Part shown: one piece after another, positions 41,682-50,747 of the stretch
Layout of the letters: every line of letters begins with the position of its first letter
Position numbering within the stretch: position 1 is the stretch's first letter
Source of the DNA: an uncultured Pelagibacteraceae bacterium
Lineage (GTDB): Bacteria > Pseudomonadota > Alphaproteobacteria > Pelagibacterales > Pelagibacteraceae
DNA: 64,000 nucleotides
Direction: 5' to 3'
Assembly: GCA_902567685.1 (NCBI GenBank)
Contig: CACFNH010000004.1
Coordinates: forward strand, 3,563 to 67,562
Made by a program: the position numbers and the translations under genes
Notes under the pieces: generated by a model
Databases searched by the model: none
What the model was told of the DNA's origin: nothing
The model's input: the letters and a program-made list of their open reading frames with translations, nothing else

Positions 41682-42281
41682 TTAATTAAATTTATAGTCT
41701 AAAACACATGCTACCAAATGGACTCTGTTTTCTTCTCCACCATTGAAAGCATTATGGTATTTTGTGTTGTTTGTTATCCATGCTGAACCATCAGCTGGCA
41801 AATGTTTTGCAACTTCTTCGATTACCATTATGGAACCGGGATTAGTAATTATAGGAATATGCAATCTAGGTTCTGGATCTCTATGCCAACTTAAAGTAGA
41901 TCTTGGTTCCTTCAGCAAAATTCTCACTCTACCAAGTTTGAATTTAGCTGATAATTTTTCATAAACTTCTTTGAAATACGTTTTTTCAAAATCTTTTATA
42001 AATTCTGTATATTCCGACTCATTAATAGCATTGTCTCGCTTAGCTTCTTTGCCGGTGTGATCAGGTTTTGTCCAAAAAACGCCTCTTGCATTATTTCCTT
42101 TTATTGAATCAGGTTTTCCTGGAATTTGATTTAAACAAATTGCTCCAAAATGAGAAATGCCTCCTGCGGTATCGTAATTTTTGATTTTTAAAACTTCCTT
42201 TAAGCTCTCTTGAAGTTTAACTATATCAAACTTTAAACCTTCTATTTTGTAAAAATCTTTATGAGTACTTGCATTATTCAT
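41682..42281 (-). CDS. Aspartyl/asparaginyl beta-hydroxylase-like 2OG-Fe(II) oxygenase
   Basis: WHRD, RLHIPIITNP, YHNAFN, NRVHL. Confidence 0.78.
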   Translation of the reverse strand: MNNASTHKDFYKIEGLKFDIVKLQESLKEVLKIKNYDTAGGISHFGAICLNQIPGKPDSIKGNNARGVFWTKPDHTGKEAKRDNAINESEYTEFIKDFEKTYFKEVYEKLSAKFKLGRVRILLKEPRSTLSWHRDPEPRLHIPIITNPGSIMVIEEVAKHLPADGSAWITNNTKYHNAFNGGEENRVHLVACVLDYKFN

Positions 42282-42359
42282 AGTTAAATTATTAATTAGA
42301 ATAGTTTACTATTAAAGTATAATATATTAATTGTCACATCGTATAAACATTTTTAATTT

Positions 42360-43358
42360 ATGAAATTAGTAGGCAAATATCCCACTTTAAGAATGAGAAG
42401 GATTCGCAAGAGCGATTGGATCAGGAGATTGGTAGCTGAAAACAGTCTTTCTGTAAATGATCTAATATTACCAATATTTTTAAGAGAGGGTAAAAATAAA
42501 ATTGAACCTATAAGTTCAATGCCTGGCATTAATCGTTATTCGGTTGATAAAATTAACCTAATAGTTGAGAGGGCATGTAGATTAAAGATACCTCTTGTTG
42601 CTCTTTTTCCTTACACATCAAATAAAAAAAAAGACAACTATGGCACGGAAGCTTTAAACGAAAATAATTTGGTTTGTAAAGCGTTAAAAGTAATTAAAAA
42701 AAATTTTAAAGAAATTGGAACTATGAGTGATGTTGCTTTGGATCCTTACACTATTCATGGTCACGATGGAATATTAAAAGGAAATTATGTTGATAATGAT
42801 AAAACAATATCAATTTTAGTTAAACAATCATTACTACAAGCTCAAATGGGATGCGATATCATAGCTCCATCCGATATGATGGACGGAAGAATTGGTGAAA
42901 TTAGAAAAGCTTTGGATAAAAACAACTTTAAAAATACAAAAATATTATCTTATGCTGTGAAATATGCTTCGAATTTTTATGGTCCCTTTAGAGATGCCGT
43001 AGGATCTAAAAAGAAACTAAAAGGAGATAAAAAATCCTATCAAATGGACTTTAAAAATTCTACAGAAGCATTGCGTGAAGTGGCTCTGGATATTAAGGAA
43101 GGTGCTGACATGGTAATGGTAAAACCCGGTATGCCTTATCTTGATATTATAAAAACTGTTAAAGACAATTTTAAGATTCCAGTTTTTTCTTACCAAGTCT
43201 CAGGTGAGTATAGCTTAATCAAAAATGGAATAAAAAATAAATTGATAAATGAAGACTCTGTTATTGAAAGTTTAATTTCATTAAAAAGAGCTGGATCTTC
43301 TGCAATAGTCACTTACTTCGCTATGGAAATCGCAAAGAAGTTAAGCAAAAATTATTAA
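42360..43358 (+). CDS. hemB: Porphobilinogen synthase
   Basis: DVALDPYT.HGHDG, SDMMDGR, MVKPG, YQVSGEY. Confidence 0.97.
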   Translation: MKLVGKYPTLRMRRIRKSDWIRRLVAENSLSVNDLILPIFLREGKNKIEPISSMPGINRYSVDKINLIVERACRLKIPLVALFPYTSNKKKDNYGTEALNENNLVCKALKVIKKNFKEIGTMSDVALDPYTIHGHDGILKGNYVDNDKTISILVKQSLLQAQMGCDIIAPSDMMDGRIGEIRKALDKNNFKNTKILSYAVKYASNFYGPFRDAVGSKKKLKGDKKSYQMDFKNSTEALREVALDIKEGADMVMVKPGMPYLDIIKTVKDNFKIPVFSYQVSGEYSLIKNGIKNKLINEDSVIESLISLKRAGSSAIVTYFAMEIAKKLSKNY

Positions 43359-44032
43359 AAATAGTTTTCTAATAAAATTCTAGATTTAGGAAAAGTTAAA
43401 TTATTTGGTAAAAAAAATTTATTCTGCATTAAGCTTCTTGTAAAAATTAGAGCTTTTTTAATTAAGTTTGCTTCTATATTTTGATTTTTATCATTAAAAA
43501 TTAAAAATCTTGGGATTTGATATTTAATTCCATCAATATCTAAATTCAAAACACTTAATTCATTCTTCTCTACTTCTTTAAATTTTTCTAAATCAGTATC
43601 AAAGCCTAGATCTTTTATTAAATTCAGTTCCCAATTTATATAAAAATAGACCCATTTTTCATTTTCAAAATTTTTAAGTAAATTATCTAAAGATTTATAA
43701 ATATTTTTATAGGATTGAAAGTCTGGTAATAACAAATTTAGTATTGAAGTTAAAGATAGTAAAGCTGTTGTTTTTTTTTTATTATTAAAATATTTAGGTG
43801 ACACGGCTTCTACTAATTCAGTTTTAAAATAACCAATATTATTTTGGCTTTTACTTGTATAAACAACAAATATTTTATTAGAAATTTGTAAATAGTTTCT
43901 AATTCTTCTTGAGTTTCCTCCATAAACTATGCCACTTACTTTACCGAATGAGTTTGTAAATACATTTACAATGTTTGCGTTTTCTCTGAATTTTCTTTTT
44001 GAGAGCAAATATCCTTCATCTTCCCAATTCAT
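43355..44032 (-). CDS. recO: DNA repair protein RecO
   Basis: MNWEDEGYLL, WELNL..LGF; position after rnc. Confidence 0.88.
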   Translation of the reverse strand: MNWEDEGYLLSKRKFRENANIVNVFTNSFGKVSGIVYGGNSRRIRNYLQISNKIFVVYTSKSQNNIGYFKTELVEAVSPKYFNNKKKTTALLSLTSILNLLLPDFQSYKNIYKSLDNLLKNFENEKWVYFYINWELNLIKDLGFDTDLEKFKEVEKNELSVLNLDIDGIKYQIPRFLIFNDKNQNIEANLIKKALIFTRSLMQNKFFLPNNLTFPKSRILLENYF

Positions 44033-44034
44033 AG

Positions 44035-44703
44035 TTATATTTTCAAAAAATTTATTAATTTTTTAGCAGCTTTTTGCTGAGCTTCTTTTTTTGAATTTCC
44101 TATAGCAGAAAATTTATCATTATTTTCTATTTGAACCTCTGCTTTAAATACTGGATTGTGTTTTGGGCCTGATTTTTCAAAAACTTTATATTTTGGAAGT
44201 TTTTTATAAATCTTCAAGCTGTATTCTTGTAGTTTGGTTTTAGAATCAATTTTAGTAATTTCAGATTTGTCTATATATTCTTGCCAATTCTTAATTACAA
44301 ATTTTTCAGCCTCCTGCAAATTTTTATCTAAATAAATTGCACCTATAAGTGCTTCAAGAGCATCGCTGGTTATTTTTTCATCAGCTTTTTTACTTTCTTT
44401 ATATGAGTCACCTAAATAAATATATTTTTTTAAATTTATCTTTGTTGAAATTTCAGCGCAGGTTTTTTTGTTAACAAGATTTGCAAATTTTTTATCAATG
44501 ATTCCTTCTTTCTCATTAAAATAAATTTTTAAAAGAATCTTTGATAAAATTAAACCTAGAACTCTATCACCTAAAAATTCTAATTTTTCGTTATTTTTTT
44601 CATTATCAAAACTCTTGTGTATTAAACTTTGTTTAAGAAGATCTATATTATCAAAATGTACATTTATTTTATTTTGTAATTCTAAAAATTTATTGTTTTT
44701 CAT
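44035..44703 (-). CDS. rnc: Ribonuclease III
   Basis: NEKLEFLGD, DALEALIGAIYLD, C-terminal dsRBD. Confidence 0.95.
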   Translation of the reverse strand: MKNNKFLELQNKINVHFDNIDLLKQSLIHKSFDNEKNNEKLEFLGDRVLGLILSKILLKIYFNEKEGIIDKKFANLVNKKTCAEISTKINLKKYIYLGDSYKESKKADEKITSDALEALIGAIYLDKNLQEAEKFVIKNWQEYIDKSEITKIDSKTKLQEYSLKIYKKLPKYKVFEKSGPKHNPVFKAEVQIENNDKFSAIGNSKKEAQQKAAKKLINFLKI

Positions 44704-45437
44704 ATTTTTTTAAATAACCTTTCTAAACGGAAAGAATTATTTAAATTCCAAAACTTTAAAATACTATTTTTTGTAGTATCGTTTGAAAAAAATATTATTT
44801 TTGCTTCTCCTACAAGATTTAATTCATTTACATAGCCTACACTATTTAGAAACCTGCTATCTTTAGAACAGTCTCTGTTATCCCCTAAGAAAAAATAATG
44901 GTTTGTTGGCACAACATACTTTTCACTGTTCATCATGGTACCTTCTTTTCGATACGCTGTGATATGGCTTCTGCCATTTGGCAAAGTTTCCTTATAAGTA
45001 TTTGTATCGAAATTATTAGAACCACATTTAATTTTATAAGTTGATTTAATTTTTTCCCTAATAATTACTTTTTCATTGATGTATAAATTTCCATTTATAA
45101 ATTGAATTGTGTCACCAGGTAGTCCAATTAATCTTTTAATATAGTCTGTTCTATTATCTTGAGGTGTTTTAAAAACTATTAAATCTCCAACTTCTGGTCC
45201 TTTAAAAAAAATTCTTTTATTATAAATTGAAGGACTAAACGGAAATGAATGTTTGCTATAACCATAAGTATATTTTGATACAAAAATTCTATCTCCAATT
45301 AAAAGATTTGGTTCCATTGATGATGAGGGAATGTAAAAAGGTTGAAAAAATAATGATCTTATAATTACAGCTATAATTAATGCATATATTATAGTTTTTA
45401 AATTATCTAATAATGTATTAAGTAAAGTTTTTTTCAT
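44700..45437 (-). CDS. lepB: Signal peptidase I
   Basis: IPSSSM, YIKRLIGLPGD, GDNRDCSKDSR. Confidence 0.95.
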   Translation of the reverse strand: MKKTLLNTLLDNLKTIIYALIIAVIIRSLFFQPFYIPSSSMEPNLLIGDRIFVSKYTYGYSKHSFPFSPSIYNKRIFFKGPEVGDLIVFKTPQDNRTDYIKRLIGLPGDTIQFINGNLYINEKVIIREKIKSTYKIKCGSNNFDTNTYKETLPNGRSHITAYRKEGTMMNSEKYVVPTNHYFFLGDNRDCSKDSRFLNSVGYVNELNLVGEAKIIFFSNDTTKNSILKFWNLNNSFRLERLFKKI

Positions 45438-45823
45438 TAAATAATTAATATTGCAACAGCTATGGCGAATGGTTTATCATCAGAAAGAGAAAGTGAAACT
45501 TTAAACTTTTTTTTTTTTATAATTTTATGTACAGTTTTTAAGCTATTTCCTTTAATCTTTAAATAAGGTCTTCCCAAAGAATTATTTTTTACCTCAATTT
45601 CATTGAAATTCAATCCTTTTGATATGCCTGTGCCCAATGACTTAGCAAATGCTTCTTTTGCAGCAAATCTTTTAGCAAAACAAGAGTAACTATTTACTTT
45701 TTTTTCGCATAAAATTATTTCAGCTTTAGAAAAAATCCTTTTCTTAAAATGCTTATTTTTTTTTAAAATTGATTTTAATCTATTTTCATTAGCTATATCT
45801 GAACCTAAACCATATATATTCAT
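45437..45823 (-). CDS. acpS: Holo-ACP synthase
   Basis: GLGSDI, RFAAKEAFAKSLGTG, SLSDD. Confidence 0.95.
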   Translation of the reverse strand: MNIYGLGSDIANENRLKSILKKNKHFKKRIFSKAEIILCEKKVNSYSCFAKRFAAKEAFAKSLGTGISKGLNFNEIEVKNNSLGRPYLKIKGNSLKTVHKIIKKKKFKVSLSLSDDKPFAIAVAILII

Positions 45824-46548
45824 TTTTTTTTAATAATCTTTTTAAATTGTTTTATACTTTTAGAAAGTCCAATAAAAATAGACTCTCCTATTAAAAAATG
45901 TCCTATATTGAATTCGCTTATATTTTTTATTTTTTTAAGAACTTTGGCCGACTCATATGTCAAACCATGTCCTGCATGTACTTCTAAACCAAGTGAGTGA
46001 GCATAATTAACTGCATTTTTTATTCTGTTTATTTCATGTTTATATGGTTTTCTTTTATTAATAAGATTGCATATTTTACCAGTGTGAATTTCTACACAGT
46101 CAGAATTAAGTTCTTTACAAATTTTAATAGCTTTTATATTAGGTTCGATAAATAAACTTATCCTTGAGCCGTTTTTCTTTAAACTATTTATCATTTTTTT
46201 TAAAAACTTTTTTTTGTGATTAAGATTTAGTCCGCCTTCTGTAGTAATCTCCTTTCTTTTTTCTGGGACTATGCAAACAAAAGATGGTTTTTGTCTTAAA
46301 GATATTTTCAACATTTCTTTGGTTGAAGCAATCTCTAAATTTAATGGGATCTTTAGTTTAGATCTGATCAACTTTAAATCTAGTTCATTGATATGTCTTC
46401 TGTCTTCTCTAAGATGAATAGTTACAGAGTCAGCACCATATTTTTCTGACAATAATGCAGCCCTTAGAGGACTTGGGTAAGACTCTCCTCTAGCATTTCT
46501 TACTGTAGCAACATGATCGATGTTTACACCTAGCCTAATTTTTTGCAT
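45820..46548 (-). CDS. pdxJ: Pyridoxine 5'-phosphate synthase
   Basis: GVNIDHVAT, HLREDRRHI, HAGHGL, NIGH. Confidence 0.96.
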   Translation of the reverse strand: MQKIRLGVNIDHVATVRNARGESYPSPLRAALLSEKYGADSVTIHLREDRRHINELDLKLIRSKLKIPLNLEIASTKEMLKISLRQKPSFVCIVPEKRKEITTEGGLNLNHKKKFLKKMINSLKKNGSRISLFIEPNIKAIKICKELNSDCVEIHTGKICNLINKRKPYKHEINRIKNAVNYAHSLGLEVHAGHGLTYESAKVLKKIKNISEFNIGHFLIGESIFIGLSKSIKQFKKIIKKK

Positions 46549-46549
46549 T

Positions 46550-47131
46550 TTATAGGCCTCTGCTACCAGGTTTAACTGCTTTAATTTTTAAAAGACTCTC
46601 AGGTATATTTTCTTTGGTATAAGAAGGTATATCAATTGCAACTTGTGAAATTATTTTTCCATTAATTTTTGATTTTCCACTGGATCGATCTATAATACAA
46701 GCATAACCTATTATGTTTGCATTTGAACTCAATACTAAATCTGAACATTCTAAACTAGATTTTCCAGTAGTAATTACATCTTCAACTATTAATACATTAG
46801 AATTTTTCTTTATTTGAAAATCTCTTCTTAGAACTAATTTATTTTCCACTCTTTCACAAAAAACAGTTTCTTTTTTAAGTATTCTGCCAATTTCATAACC
46901 AACAACTATTCCTCCAATAGCAGGAGTTAAAATTAAATCTATATCTGAGAATTCTTTACTTATTTTTTCTACTAGAGAAGAACAAATTTTATAAGCTTCC
47001 CAAGGTTTTCTCATCAATTGTGCACATTGAACATATTTAGCACTGTGCAATCCTGAAGATAAAATGAAATGCCCCTCTAATAGTGCATCAGTTTCTTTTA
47101 AAATTTTTAAAGATTCTTTGTATGAAATCAT
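46550..47131 (-). CDS. pyrE: Orotate phosphoribosyltransferase
   Basis: GHFILSSGLHS, VEDVITTG, KPGSR. Confidence 0.93.
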   Translation of the reverse strand: MISYKESLKILKETDALLEGHFILSSGLHSAKYVQCAQLMRKPWEAYKICSSLVEKISKEFSDIDLILTPAIGGIVVGYEIGRILKKETVFCERVENKLVLRRDFQIKKNSNVLIVEDVITTGKSSLECSDLVLSSNANIIGYACIIDRSSGKSKINGKIISQVAIDIPSYTKENIPESLLKIKAVKPGSRGL

Positions 47132-48842
47132 TTTTTTTGTTTTTATGACGAATAATTTTAAAATTTAAATCTTTTTGTTTAATTTGACTTATCAAGTTTG
47201 TAAACTTTTTTAAATCTTTAATTTTTAAATCAAATGAAAACTGAAGATATTTATCTTTTTTTTCAACTAATTCTACGTTTAAAATATTGCTATCACTTAA
47301 TCCTATCAAGGTGCTTACTTCACCTAATACTCCAGGTTGATGAGGCAAATCTATAATTAAGGTGCTTCCATACTCCTTTGCTTTCGTTTTTTTGTTAGAT
47401 TTAATAGAAGTTTTGCCTTGCCAATATTTTCTTATTGAAGATCTTGCTTTACCAGTCTTGCATGAAGAGAGCCAATGTAGTGAGGGGGAAGCTTTTTTTG
47501 AACTAATAATATTTACCATATCTCCATTTTTTAAAGTATTTTGAAGCGTAGACTCCCTTCCATTTATATAACAAGCTACAGCGGAGTCTCCCAAACTAGT
47601 ATGTACAGCATATGCAAAATCAATAGGAGTCGCTTCTTTTGGTAATTTAATAACAGCTCCTTTAGGAGTAAAACAAAATACATTGTCTTGGAACATTTGA
47701 AGCTTTGTAAATTCATAATAATGTTCTGGACTGTTTCCTGCTTCTATAATTTCAACTAAGTCTCTAAGCCAATCATATTCACGCCAAGACAAATCTGTAA
47801 TTTTTTCAGATGATTTATATTTCCAATGAGAAGCTATACCTCGTTCTGCAAATTCATGCATTTCATAAGTCCGTATTTGAATTTCAACTCTTTGTTTTTT
47901 TGGACCAATTAAAGAAGTATGTATAGACTTATATTTATTTATTTTAGGTGTAGATATATAATCTTTAAATTTGCCTGGTATAGCTGAATATTGGTTGTGA
48001 AAAATTCCTAATGCTTTGTAACAATCACTTACAGAGTTAACTATTACTCTAAAACCAGTGATATCCGTAAGTTGTTCTAAAGATATTTTTTTTTTCTGTA
48101 TTTTTCTCCAAATAGAGAAAGGAGTTTTTTCTCTTCCTGTTATCATTGCGGGTATATCTTTTGATTTTAATAATTCAATTAACTCCAATGAAATGTCTTT
48201 GAAATTATTTTCTCTATTATTTTTAATAAAATTAAGTCTTTTTTCAATTAAATCTCTTGCTTTGCTATTTAAAATAGAAAATGATAAATCTTCTAATTCA
48301 TCTCTAATCCTGTTCATTCCCATTCTGTCTGCCAAAGGAGCGTAAATTTCCATGGTTTCTTTTGCTTTTCTAATTCTTTTATTTTCATCTTTCACAAATT
48401 TTAAAGTTCTCATATTATGTAGTCTGTCGGCAAGTTTAACCAAAAGAACTCTTATGTCTTTAGAAGTAGCTAAAATAAGCTTTCTAAAATTCTCTGCTTT
48501 AGAATTTTCTGCAGCTTTTTCTTCTAAAGCTGAAATTTTTGTAACTCCATCAACAAGGTCTGCTACTTCTTTCCCAAACTCTTTTTTTACTGAATCATAA
48601 GTTGTTTTAGTGTCTTCTATCGTGTCGTGTAATAAACCTGTGGTAATTGTTGCGCTATCTAATTTTAAATCAGTTAATATATCAGCTACAGCTACTGGAT
48701 GAATAATATAGGGAACTCCTTCATCTCTCTTTTGGTTTTTGTGCGCTTTTAAAGCAAAATCATATGCTTTTGATAAATCTGAGGGATTAAAAAATCTATT
48801 ATATGATTTAACCTTATCAATAAGTTCTTCATTATTTATCAT
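47088..48842 (-). CDS. spoT: Bifunctional (p)ppGpp synthetase/hydrolase (Rel/SpoT), compact
   Basis: HD motif LLHDTIEDT, DRLHNMRT, synthetase EIQIRT, TGS DFAYAVH, ACT; start taken at ATG 48842. Confidence 0.93.
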   Translation of the reverse strand: MINNEELIDKVKSYNRFFNPSDLSKAYDFALKAHKNQKRDEGVPYIIHPVAVADILTDLKLDSATITTGLLHDTIEDTKTTYDSVKKEFGKEVADLVDGVTKISALEEKAAENSKAENFRKLILATSKDIRVLLVKLADRLHNMRTLKFVKDENKRIRKAKETMEIYAPLADRMGMNRIRDELEDLSFSILNSKARDLIEKRLNFIKNNRENNFKDISLELIELLKSKDIPAMITGREKTPFSIWRKIQKKKISLEQLTDITGFRVIVNSVSDCYKALGIFHNQYSAIPGKFKDYISTPKINKYKSIHTSLIGPKKQRVEIQIRTYEMHEFAERGIASHWKYKSSEKITDLSWREYDWLRDLVEIIEAGNSPEHYYEFTKLQMFQDNVFCFTPKGAVIKLPKEATPIDFAYAVHTSLGDSAVACYINGRESTLQNTLKNGDMVNIISSKKASPSLHWLSSCKTGKARSSIRKYWQGKTSIKSNKKTKAKEYGSTLIIDLPHQPGVLGEVSTLIGLSDSNILNVELVEKKDKYLQFSFDLKIKDLKKFTNLISQIKQKDLNFKIIRHKNKKNDFIQRIFKNFKRN

Positions 48843-49356
48843 TTGACTCCAATATATCACTTTCTTTTATCCTTGTAATCTCATTCCTTGTTATTAGGCT
48901 TAAATTTTTAATTAAAACATCCACTTTTTTATTCATAATTGGGTGAATCCACGTGGGACATATTTCTTTTAAAGGATAGAGTACAAAATTTCTTTCATGT
49001 AATTTGGGATGAGGTAGAATAATGTTTTTTTTATTCAAAATTTCTCCATTGAAATCAATTATATCTATATCACAAGTTCTTGGCTGATTTTTTATGCCTC
49101 TTGTCCTTTTCATTTTTTTTTCAATTATTAATATTTTTTTTAACAGATTCTCAAAACCATATTTGTACTTTATCTGAATAACTATATTAATAAATTTTGG
49201 ATATTTTTTGTTAGGATAAGAAGGAGTTTCATAAAAATTTGAAATTTTTAATACTTCAATTTTTTCATATTTGATAAGGTCTAATGTTCTTAAAATATTT
49301 GAGAATCTATTCCCAAAAGATGATTTCAAATTAGATCCTATTCCTAAAAAAATCAT
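48832..49356 (-). CDS. folK: HPPK
   Basis: [24 protein letters not shown]. Confidence 0.93.
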   Translation of the reverse strand: MIFLGIGSNLKSSFGNRFSNILRTLDLIKYEKIEVLKISNFYETPSYPNKKYPKFINIVIQIKYKYGFENLLKKILIIEKKMKRTRGIKNQPRTCDIDIIDFNGEILNKKNIILPHPKLHERNFVLYPLKEICPTWIHPIMNKKVDVLIKNLSLITRNEITRIKESDILESNDK

Positions 49357-49826
49357 TTATTATTTTTGCTTAGAATTCTAGCTTTTTCTCTATTCCAGTC
49401 TCTTTTTCTTTTTACTTGTCTCTTGTCATACAATTTTTTACCTTTGGCTACAGCCAATTGAATCTTAGCCTTTCCTTTAAAAAAATAAAGTTTTGTAGGA
49501 ACTATAGTCAAGCCCTCTTGATTTATTCTTCCGATCAATTTGTTAATCTCTTTTCTATTAAGCAACAATTTTCTATCTCCTTTTGGATCATGATTATTGT
49601 AACTTGATTGTCTGTAAAGTGGTATGTGAGAATTAATTAAAAAAATTTCTCCATTTTTGTCTACGGCATATGAGTCAGCAATACTGGCCTTACCAACCCT
49701 TAATGACTTAACCTCTGAACCTTTTAGTGAAATTCCCGCTTCAAATAATTCATAAAAGAAATAATTAAAACTAGCCTTTCTATTAAGACATATTATCTTT
49801 TGACCAGAAACTACTTTTTTTTTCAT
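49353..49826 (-). CDS. smpB: SsrA-binding protein
   Basis: [25 protein letters not shown]. Confidence 0.96.
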   Translation of the reverse strand: MKKKVVSGQKIICLNRKASFNYFFYELFEAGISLKGSEVKSLRVGKASIADSYAVDKNGEIFLINSHIPLYRQSSYNNHDPKGDRKLLLNRKEINKLIGRINQEGLTIVPTKLYFFKGKAKIQLAVAKGKKLYDKRQVKRKRDWNREKARILSKNNK

Positions 49827-50710
49827 TAAAGTAATTTAGCAACTTTAAGAGCATTTTTTACAGCAACTTTTGTTTTGTCGGTAACTTCAACTAAAGGCAA
49901 ACGAACTTCTTGTGAAGATAGTTTTAATAGAGAAGCTGCATATTTTACTGGGGAAGGATTGCTTTCTATAAACAAAGCTTTATGTAAAGGTGACAATAAA
50001 TCGTTGATTTCTTTTGCTCTTGTTTGAAGATTTGAGTCATTAACTGCTAAAGACGCTGATTGAAACTCTGAACATAATTTAGCAGCGACATTTGCAGTAA
50101 CACTTATACAGCCTCTGCCACCTTTTTTATTAAATTCTAATGCATTAAAATCTTCTCCAGTAAGCTGAATAAATTCTTTTCCCATTTGTTTTAACTGTTG
50201 ATCGGCTCTGTTAAGATCACCAGTTGCATCTTTTACTCCTACTATATTTTTTAACTCAAATAGTTTAGACATTGTTTCGACGCTCATGTCTATTACTGAT
50301 CTAGAAGGTATGTTGTAAATAATTATTGGTATACCAACATTGTCATTTATTTTCTTATAGTGTTGGTACAAACCTTCTTGTGTTGGTTTATTGTAGTATG
50401 GTGTTACAATCAATAAACCGTTTGATCCAGATTTTTCAGCGTGCTTTGAAAGTGCAATAGCTTCAGCAGTTGAATTAGAACCTGTTCCGGCAATAACAGG
50501 TATTTTTCCTTTACATTCTTTTACAGCAATTTCAATTACCTTTCTGTGTTCTTCATGAGATAATGTTGGGGACTCTCCTGTAGTACCTGCTGGTACAATT
50601 CCATTAGTTCCATTTTGGATATGATGATGAATTAGTCTAGAATAATTTTCCTCGTCTAATTTGTCGTTTTTAAATGGTGTGATTAATGCAACAATTGATC
50701 CTTTAAACAT
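49826..50710 (-). CDS. dapA: 4-hydroxy-tetrahydrodipicolinate synthase
   Basis: GTTGE, PYYNKP, YNIP, KDATG, ESNP. Confidence 0.96.
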   Translation of the reverse strand: MFKGSIVALITPFKNDKLDEENYSRLIHHHIQNGTNGIVPAGTTGESPTLSHEEHRKVIEIAVKECKGKIPVIAGTGSNSTAEAIALSKHAEKSGSNGLLIVTPYYNKPTQEGLYQHYKKINDNVGIPIIIYNIPSRSVIDMSVETMSKLFELKNIVGVKDATGDLNRADQQLKQMGKEFIQLTGEDFNALEFNKKGGRGCISVTANVAAKLCSEFQSASLAVNDSNLQTRAKEINDLLSPLHKALFIESNPSPVKYAASLLKLSSQEVRLPLVEVTDKTKVAVKNALKVAKLL

Positions 50711-50747
50711 AAAACAATATAAGGTAATTAATTTTAACCTTAAATTT

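Noticed and set aside
42294-42313. Irr (ICE) box upstream of hemB
   Set aside because: Only the left half (TTAGAATAGTT) fits; the right half deviates, and such matches are common in AT-rich DNA
50661-50747. Extended N-terminus of slt, and likewise the track starts for umuD, SBP, MATE, spoT, gatB and trhO
   Set aside because: Overlap neighbouring genes or promoters; downstream starts give proper signal peptides, RBS or coupled stop-start junctions
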